The notes beneath the pieces were generated by a model. That model worked only from the letters and a program-made list of their open reading frames with translations, searched no databases and had not been told where the DNA came from. Source: Eledone cirrhosa (taxonomy: Eukaryota). Taken from it: a stretch of 64,000 bases of DNA. Made by a program: the position numbers and the translations under genes. Shown here piece by piece: positions 54,740 to 64,000 of this stretch (its first letter is position 1; each line of letters begins with the position of its first letter). The stretch is taken from assembly GCA_964016885.1 (NCBI GenBank), contig OZ024749.1, positions 17,856,001-17,920,000 of the forward strand, written 5' to 3'.

Positions 54740-57700
54740 GTACTCGCACCAAATATAAATATAAACGAGGGACAAAACTCAGAATTTGTCAACTCTTATT
54801 AATGGTCAGTCCACTTCTTCATCCATATATCTATAATCGCCCACAATCCAAATCCTACTTCATAATTGCTATTCTATAATTCTGTCTCACTGTTCTAAAT
54901 AATCTTCTCCACGCTTGTTCTAAATAATCTTCTCGCTACCATTTTGGCCGAAAAAATGGCTTCTCTCGGCCCTCTAAATCGCTATCACCCCCACTCTCTC
55001 TATCATATACGTCCCTCTCTCAATCTCTCTCTCTATCTCTCACTCCCTACTCACACCAAATATAAATAAGCCTATTACGAGGGACAAAACTCAGAATTTG
55101 TCAACTCTCGTTAATGGTCAGTCCACTACTTCATCCATATATCAATAATCGACCACAATCCAAATCCTACTTCATAATTGCTATTCTATAATTCTGTCTC
55201 ACTGTTCTAAATAATCTTCTCCACGTCCCTACTCGCACCAAATATAAATATAAACGAGGGACAAAACTTAGAATTTGTCAACTCTTATTAATGGTCAGTC
55301 CATTTCTTCATCCATATATCTATAATCGCCCACAATCCAAATCCTACTTCATAATTGCTATTCTATAATTCTGTCTCATTGTTCTAAATAATATTCTCCT
55401 CGCCGGTTCTAAATAATCTTCTCGCTACCATTTTGGCCGAAAATGTTTCCAGCATTCATAAAAAATGGCTTCTTTCGGCCCTCTAATTCGCTATCACCCC
55501 CACTCTCTCTATCTTATACGTCCATCTCTCAATCTCTCTCTCTCTCTCACTCCCTACTCGCACCAAATATAAATATAAACAAGGGACAAAACTCAGAATT
55601 TGTCATCTCTTATTAATGCTCAGTCCACTTCTACGAAATTTAATGTATTAATAACATTTTCTTCTTGTCTCCTCACCCTTCGGTTCATTCATCCATATAT
55701 CTATGATCTCCCCGAATCCAAATGCTACTTCATAATTGCTATTCCATAATTCTTTCTCACTGTTCTATATAATCTTCTCCAAGCTTGTTCTAAACAATCT
55801 TCTCGCTACCATTTTGGCCGAAAATTTTTCCAGCATTCATGAAAATGGCTTCTCTCGGCCCTCTAACTCGTTATCAACCCCACTCTCTCTATCATATACG
55901 TCCCTCTCTTAATCTCTCTCTCTCTTTCACTCCCTACTCACACCAAATATAAATAAGCCTATTACGAGGGACAAAACTCAGAATTTGTCAACTCTTATTA
56001 ATGGTCAGTCCACTTCTTCATCCATATATCTATCATCGCCCACAATCCAAATCCTACTTCATAATTGCTATTCTATAATTCTGTCTCATTGTTCTAAATA
56101 ATCTTCTCCTCGCCGGTTCTAAATAATCTTCTCGCTACCATTTTGGCCGAAAATGTTTCCAGCATTCATAAAAATGGCTTCTCTCGGCCCTCTAAATCGC
56201 TATCACCCCTACTCTCTTTATCATATACGTCCCTCTTTGAATCTCTCTCTCTCTTTCTCTCTCTCACTCGCTACTCGCACCAAATATAAATAAGCCTGTT
56301 ACGAGGGACAAAACTCAGAATTTGTCAACTCATACTAATGGTCAGTCCACTTCTTCATCCATATATCTATAATCGCCCACAATCCAAATCTTACTTCGTA
56401 ATTGCTATTCTATAATTCTGTCTCACTGTTCTAAATAATCTTCTCCACGCTTGTTCTAAATAATCTTCTCGCTACCATTTTGGCCGAAAATGTTTCCAGC
56501 ATTCATAAAAATAGCTTCTCTCGGCTCTCTAAATCGCTATCACCCCCACTCTCTCTATCATATACGTCCATCTCTCAATCTCTCTCTCTCTCTCACTCCC
56601 TTCACGCACCAAATATAAATATAAACAAGGGACAAAACTCAGAATTTGTCATCTCTTATTAATGCTCAGTCCACTTCTACGAAATTTAATGTATTAATAA
56701 CATTTTCTTCTTGTCTCCTCACCCTTCGGTTCATTTATCCATATATCTATAATCTCCCCGAATCCAAATCCTACTTCATAATTGCGATTCTATAATTCTG
56801 TCTTACTGTTCTAAATAACCTTCCCCACGCTTGTTCTAAATAATCTTCTCGCTACCATTTTGGCCGAAAATTTTTCCAGCATTCATGAAAATGGCTTCTC
56901 TCGGCCCTCTAACTCGTTATCAACCCCACTCTCTCTATCATATACGTCCCTCTCTTAATCTCTCTCTCTCACTCCCTACTCACACCAAATATAAATAAGC
57001 CTATTACGAGGGACAAAACTCAGAATTTGTCAACTCTTATTAATGGTCAGTCCACTTCTTCATCCATATATCTATCATCGCCCACAATCCAAATCCTACT
57101 TCATAATTGCTATTCTATAATTCTGTCTCATTGTTCTAAATAATCTTCTCCTCGCCGGTTCTAAATAATCTTCTCGCTACCATTTTGGCCGAAAATGTTT
57201 CCAGCATTCATAAAAATGGCTTCTCTCGGCCCTCTAAATCGCTATCACCCCTACTCTCTTTATCATATACGTCCCTCTTTGAATCTCTGTCTCTCTTTCT
57301 CTCTCTCACTCGCTACTCGCACCAAATATAAATAAGCCTGTTACGAGGAACAAAACTCAGAATTTGTCAACTCTTACTAATGGTCAGTCCACTTCTTCAT
57401 CCATATATCTACAATCGCCCACAATCCAAATCCTACTTCATAATTGCTATTCTATAATTCTGTCTCACTATTCTAAATAATCTTCTCCGCGCTCTTTCCA
57501 AATAATCTTCTCGCTACGATTTTGGCCGAAAATGTTTCCAGCATTCATAAAAATGGCTTCTTTCGGCCCTCTAAATCGCTATCACCCCCACTCTCTCTAT
57601 CTTATACGTCCTTCTCTCAATCTCTCTCTCTCTCGCACCAAATATAAATAAGCCTGTTACGAGGGACAAAACTCAAAATTCGTCATCTCTTATTAATGGT

Positions 57701-58697
57701 CAGTCCAATTCTACGAAATGTAATGTATAAATAACATTTTCTTCTTGTCTCCCCACCCTTCGGTTCATTCATCCATATAACTATAATCTCCCAGAATCCA
57801 AATCCTACTTCATAATTGCTATTCTATAATTCTGTCTTACTGTTCTAAATAACCTTCTCCACGCTTGTTCTAAATAATCTTCTTCGCTACCATTTTGGCC
57901 ACAATTTTTCAGCATTCATAAAAATGGCTTCTCTCGGCCCTCTAAATCGCGATCACCGCCACTCTCTCTATCATATACGTCCCTCTCTTAATCTCTCTCT
58001 CTCTCTCACTCCCTACTCACACCAAATATAAATAAGCCTATTACGAGGGACAAAACTCAGAATTTGTCAACTCTTATTAATGGTCAGTCCACTTCTTCAT
58101 CCATATATCTATCATCGCCCACAATCCAAATCCTACTTCATAATTGCTATTCTATAATTCTGTCTCATTGTTCTAAATAATCTTCTCCTCGCCGGTTCTA
58201 AATAATCTTCTCGCTACCATTTTGGCCGAAAATGTTTCCAGCATTCATAAAAATGGCTTCTCTCGGCCCTCTAAATCGCTATCAACCCCACTCTCTCTAT
58301 CATATACGTCCATCTCTCAATCTCTCTCTCTCTCTCACTCCCTACTCGCACCAAATATAAATATAAACAAGGGACAAAACTCAGAATTTGTCATCTCTTA
58401 TTAATGCTCAGTCCACTTCTACGAAATTTAATGTATAAATAACATTTTCTTCTTGTCTCCTCACCCTTCGGTTCATTCATCCATATATCTATAATCTCCC
58501 CGAATCCAAATCCTACTTCATAATTGCTATTCCATAATTCTGTCTCACTGTTCTAAATAATCTTCTCCAATCTTGTTCTAAATAATCTTCTCGCTACCAT
58601 TTAGGCCGAAAATTTTTCCAGCATTCATGAAAATGGCTTCTCTCGGCCCTCTAAATCGCTATCAACCCCACTCTCTCTATCATATACGTCCCTCTCT

Positions 58698-58797
<100 letters not shown>

Positions 58798-59924
58798 TCG
58801 CACCAAATATAAATATAAACGAGGGACAAAACTCAGAATTTGTCATCTCTTATTAATGCTCAGTCCACTTCTAAGAAATGTAATGTATAAATAACATTTT
58901 CTTCTTGTCTCCCCACCCTTCGGTTCATTCATCCATATGACTATAATCTCCCAGAATCCAAATCCTACTTCATAATTGCGATTCTATAATTCTGTCTTAC
59001 TGTTCTAAATAATCTTCTCCACGCTTGTTCTAAATAATCTTCTCGCTACCATTTTGGCCGAAAATGTTTCCAGCATTCATAAAAATGGCTTCTCTCGGCC
59101 CTCTAAATCGCTATCAACCCCACTCTCTCTATCATATACGTCCATCTCTCAATCTCTCTCTCTCTCTCACTCCCTACTCGCACCAAATATAAATATAAAC
59201 AAGGGACAAAACTCAGAATTTGTCATCTCTTATTAATGCTCAGTCCACTTCTACGAAATTTAATGTATTAATAACATTTTCTTCTTGTCTCCTCACCCTT
59301 CGGTTCATTCATCCATATATCTATAATCTCCCCGAATCCAAATCCTACTTCATAATTGCTATTCCATAATTCTTTCTCACTGTTCTAAATAATCTTCTCC
59401 ACGCTTGTTCTAAATAATCTTCTCCACGCTTGTTCTAAATAATCTTCTCGCTACCATTTTGGCCGAAAATTTTTCCAGCATTCATGAAAATGGCTTCTCT
59501 CGGCCCTCTAACTCGCTATCAACCCCACTCTCTCTATCATATACGCCCCTCTCTCAATTTCTCTCTCTCTCTTTCACTCCCTACTCGCACCAAATATAAA
59601 TATAAACGAGGGACAAAACACAGAATTTGTCATCTCTTATTAATGCTCAGTCCACTTCTACGAAATGTAATGTATAAATAACAATTTCTTCTTGTCTCCC
59701 CACCCTTCGGTTCATTTATCCATACAACTATAATCTCCCAGAATCCAAATCCTACTTCATAATTGCTATTCTATAATTCTGTCTCACTGTTCTAAATAAT
59801 CTTCTCGCTACCATTTTGGCCGAAAGTTTTTCCAGCATTCATAAAAATGGCTTTTCTCGGCGCTCTAAATCGCTATCACCCCCACTCTCTCTATCATATA
59901 GGTCCCTCTCTCAATCTCTCTCTC

Positions 59925-59984
<60 letters not shown>

Positions 59985-61932
59985 GTACTCGCACCAAATA
60001 TAAATATAAACGAGGGACAAAACACAGAATTTGTCATCTCTTATTAATGGTCAGTCCACTTCTACGAAATGTAATGTATAAATAAAAATTTCTTCTTGTC
60101 TCCCCACCCTTCGGTTCATTTATCCATATAACTATAATCTCCCAGAATCCAAATCCTACTTCATAATTGCTATTCTATAATTCTGTCTCACTGTTCTAAA
60201 TAATCTTCTCCACGCTTGTTCTAAATAATCTTCTCGCTACCATTTTGGCCGAAAATGTTTCCAGCATTCATAAAAATGGCTTCTCTCGGCCCTCTAAATC
60301 GCTATCACCCCCACTCTCTCTATCATATACGTCCCTCTCTCAATCTCTCTCTCTCACTCCCTACTCGAACCAAATATAAATAAGCCTATTACGAGGGACA
60401 AAACTCAGAATTTGTCAACTCTTATTAATGGTCAGTCCACTACTTCATCCATATATCAATAATCGACCACAATCCAAATCCTACTTCATAATTGCTATTC
60501 TATAATTCTGTCTCACTGTTCTAAATTATCTTCTCCACGTCCCTACTCGCACCAAATATAAATATAAACGAGGGACAAAACTTAGAATTTGTCAACTCTT
60601 ATTAATGGTCAGTCCATTTCTTCATCCATATATCTATAATCGCCCACAATCCAAATCCTACTTCATAAGTGCTATTCTATAATTCTGTCTTACTGTTCTA
60701 AATAACCTTCTCCACGCTTGTTCTAAATAATCTTCTCGCTACCATTTTGGCCACAATTTTTTCAGCATTCATAAAAATGGCTTCTGTCGGCCCTCTAACT
60801 CGTTATCAACCCCCACTCTCTCTATCATATACGTCCCTCTCTTAATCTCTCTCTCTCTCTCACTCCCTACTCACACCAAATATAAATAAGCCTATTACGA
60901 GGGACAAAACTCAGAATTTGTCAACTCTTATTAATGGTCAGTCCACTTCTTCATCCATATATCTATCATCGCCCACAATCCAAATCCGACTTCATAATTG
61001 CTATTCTATAATTCTGTCTCATTGTTCTAAATAATCTTCTCCTCGCCGGTTCTAAATAATCTTCTCGCTACCATTTTGGCCGAAAATTTTTCCAGAATTC
61101 ATAAAAATGGCTTCTCTCGGCTTTCTAAATCGCTATCAACCCCACTCTCTCTATCATATACGTCCATCTCTCAATCTCTCTCTCTCTCTCACTCCCTACT
61201 CGCACCAAATATAAATATAAACAAGGGACAAAACTCAGAATTTGTCATCTCTTATTAATGCTCAGTCCACTTCTACGAAATTTAATGTATTAATAACATT
61301 TTCTTCTTGTCTCCTCACCCTTCGGTTCATTCATCCATATATCTATAATCTCCCCGAATCCAAATCCTACTTCATAATTGCTATTCCATAATTCTTTCTC
61401 ACTGTTCTAAATAATCTTCTCCAAGCTTGTTCTAAATAATCTTCTCGCTACCATTTTGGCCGAAAATTTTTCCAGCATTCATGAAAATGGCTTCTCTCGG
61501 CCCTCTAACTCGCTATCAACCCCACTCTCTCTATCATATACGCCCCTCTCTCAATTTCTCTCTCTTTCACTCCCTACTCGCACCAAATATAAATATAAAC
61601 GAGGGACAAAACACAGAATTTGTCATCTCTTATTAATGCTCAGTCCACTTCTACGAAATGTAATGTATAATTAACAATTTCTTCTTGTCTCCCCACCCTT
61701 CGGTTCATTTATCCATATAACTATAATCTCCCAGAATCCAAATCCTACTTCATAATTGCTATTCTATAATTCTGTCTCACTGTTCTAAATAATCTTCTCC
61801 ACGCTTGTTCTAAATAATCTTCTCGCTACCATTTTGGCCGAAAGTTTTTCCAGCATTCATAAAAATGGCTTTTCTCGGCCCTCTAAATCGCTATCACCCC
61901 CACTCTCTCTATCATATAAGTCCCTCTCTCAA

Positions 61933-62024
<92 letters not shown>

Positions 62025-63855
62025 GTACTCGCACCAAATATAAATATAAACGAGGGACAAAACTCAGAATTTGTCAACTCTTATTAATGGTCAGTCCACT
62101 TCTTCATCCATATATCTATAATCACCCACAATCCAAATCCTACTTCATAATTGCTATTCTATAATTCTGTCTCATTGTTCTAAATAATCTTCTCCTCGCC
62201 GGTTCTAAATAATCTTCTCGCTACCATTTTGGCCGAAAATGTTTCCAGCATTCATAAAAATGGCTTCTCTCGGCCCTCTAAATCGCTATCAACCCCACTC
62301 TCTCTATCATATACGTCCATCTCTCAATCTCTCTCTCTCTCTCACTCCCTACTCGCACCAAATATAAATATAAACGAGGGACAAAACTCAGAATTTGTCA
62401 ACTCTTATTAATGGTCAGTCCACTTCTTCATCCATGTATCTATAATCGCCCACAATCCAAATCCTACTTCATAATTGCTATTCTATAATTCTGTCTCACT
62501 GTTCTAAATAATCTTCTCCGCGCTCTTTCCAAATAATCTTCTCGCTACGATTTTGGCCGAAAATGTTTCCAGCATTCATAAAAATGGCTTCTTTCGGCCC
62601 TCTAAATCGCTATCACCCCCACACTCTCTATCTTATACGTCCTTCTCTCAATCTCTCTCTCTCTCTCGCACCAAATATAAATAAGCCTGTTACGAAGGAC
62701 AAAACTCAAAATTCGTCATCTCTTATTAATGGTCAGTCCAATTCTACGAAATGTAATGTATAAATAACAGTTTCTTCTTGTCTCCCCACCCTTCGGTTCA
62801 TTTATCCATATAACTATAATCTCCCAGAATCCAAATCCTACTTCATAATTGCGATTCTATAATTCTGTCTTACTGTTCTAAATAATCTTCTCCACGCTTG
62901 TTCTAAATAATCTTCTCGCTACCATTTTGGCCGAAAATGTTTCCAGCATTCATAAAAATGGCTTCTCTCGGCCTTCTAAATCGCTATCACCCCCACTCTC
63001 TCTATCATATACGTCCCTCTCTCAATCTCTCTCTCTCACTCCCTACTCGAACCAAATATAAATAAGCCTATTACGAGGGACAAAACTCAGAATTTGTCAA
63101 CTCTTGTTAATGGTCAGTCCACTACTTCATCCATATATCAATAATCGACCACAATCCAAATCCTACTTCATAATTGCTATTCTATAATTCTGTCTCACTG
63201 TTCTAAATAATCTTCTCCACGTCCCTACTCGCACCAAATATAAATATAAACGAGGGACAAAACTTAGAATTTGTCAACTCTTATTAATGGTCAGTCCACT
63301 TCTTCATCCATATATCTATAATCGCCCACAATCCAAATCCTACTTCATAATTGCTATTCTATAATTCTGTCTCACTGTTCTAAATAATCTTCTCCACGCT
63401 TGTTCTAAATAATCTTCTCGCTACCATTTTGGCCGAAAATGTTTCCAGCATTCATAAAAATGGCTTCTCTCGGCCCTCTAAATCGCTATCACCCCCACTC
63501 TCTTTATCATATACGTCCCTCTTTGAATCTCTCTCTCTCTTTCTCTCTCTCACTCGCTACTCGCACCAAATATAAATAAGCCTGTTACGAGGGACAAAAC
63601 TCAGAATTTGTCAACTCTTACTAATGGTCAGTCCACTTCTTCATCCATATATCTATAATCGCCCACAATCCAAATCTTACTTCGTAATTGCTATTCTATA
63701 ATTCTGTCTCACTGTTCTAAATAATCTTCTCCACGCTTGTTCTAAATAATCTTCTCGCTACCATTTTGGCCGAAAATTTTTCCAGCTTTCATAAAAATAG
63801 CTTCTCTCGGCCCTCTAAATCGCTATCACCCCCACTCTCTCTATCATATGCGTCC

Positions 63856-63920
<65 letters not shown>

Positions 63921-64000
63921 ACTCCGTACTCGCACCAAATATAAATATAAACGAGGGACAAAACTCAGAATTTGTCAACTCTTATTAATGGTCAGTCCAC

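Overview
Eukaryotic, repeat-only DNA with no intact host gene; the repeat content suggests an invertebrate, possibly a cephalopod mollusc (inference). 1-2.75 kb holds two decayed RTE-type LINE copies with nested MITEs, one piggyBac-like with a TTAA target duplication. 3.7-12.45 kb is a ~4.3 kb inverted repeat built around the 3' end of a Penelope-like element of Naiad type (GIY-YIG C-terminus at 8102-8344). Each arm carries a type I hammerhead ribozyme motif with a palindromic stem III and an unusually long (~116 nt) stem II (12059-12213 +, 4097-4251 -). A Helitron-like 3' end lies at 12756-12789. A second, different 5'-truncated Naiad element (RT + GIY-YIG pseudogene, minus strand, 12861-15869) sits inside a (TA)n tract and has a degenerate hammerhead-like motif at its 3' end. 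After a 200-N gap (16234-16433), the rest of the window is a satellite array of ~329/~380 bp monomers with 4.1-4.8 kb higher-order repeats, ~16.5 kb and ~21 kb duplicated blocks, one internal inversion and one fold-back palindrome. Nearly all ORFs in the supplied track are microsatellite or satellite artefacts.
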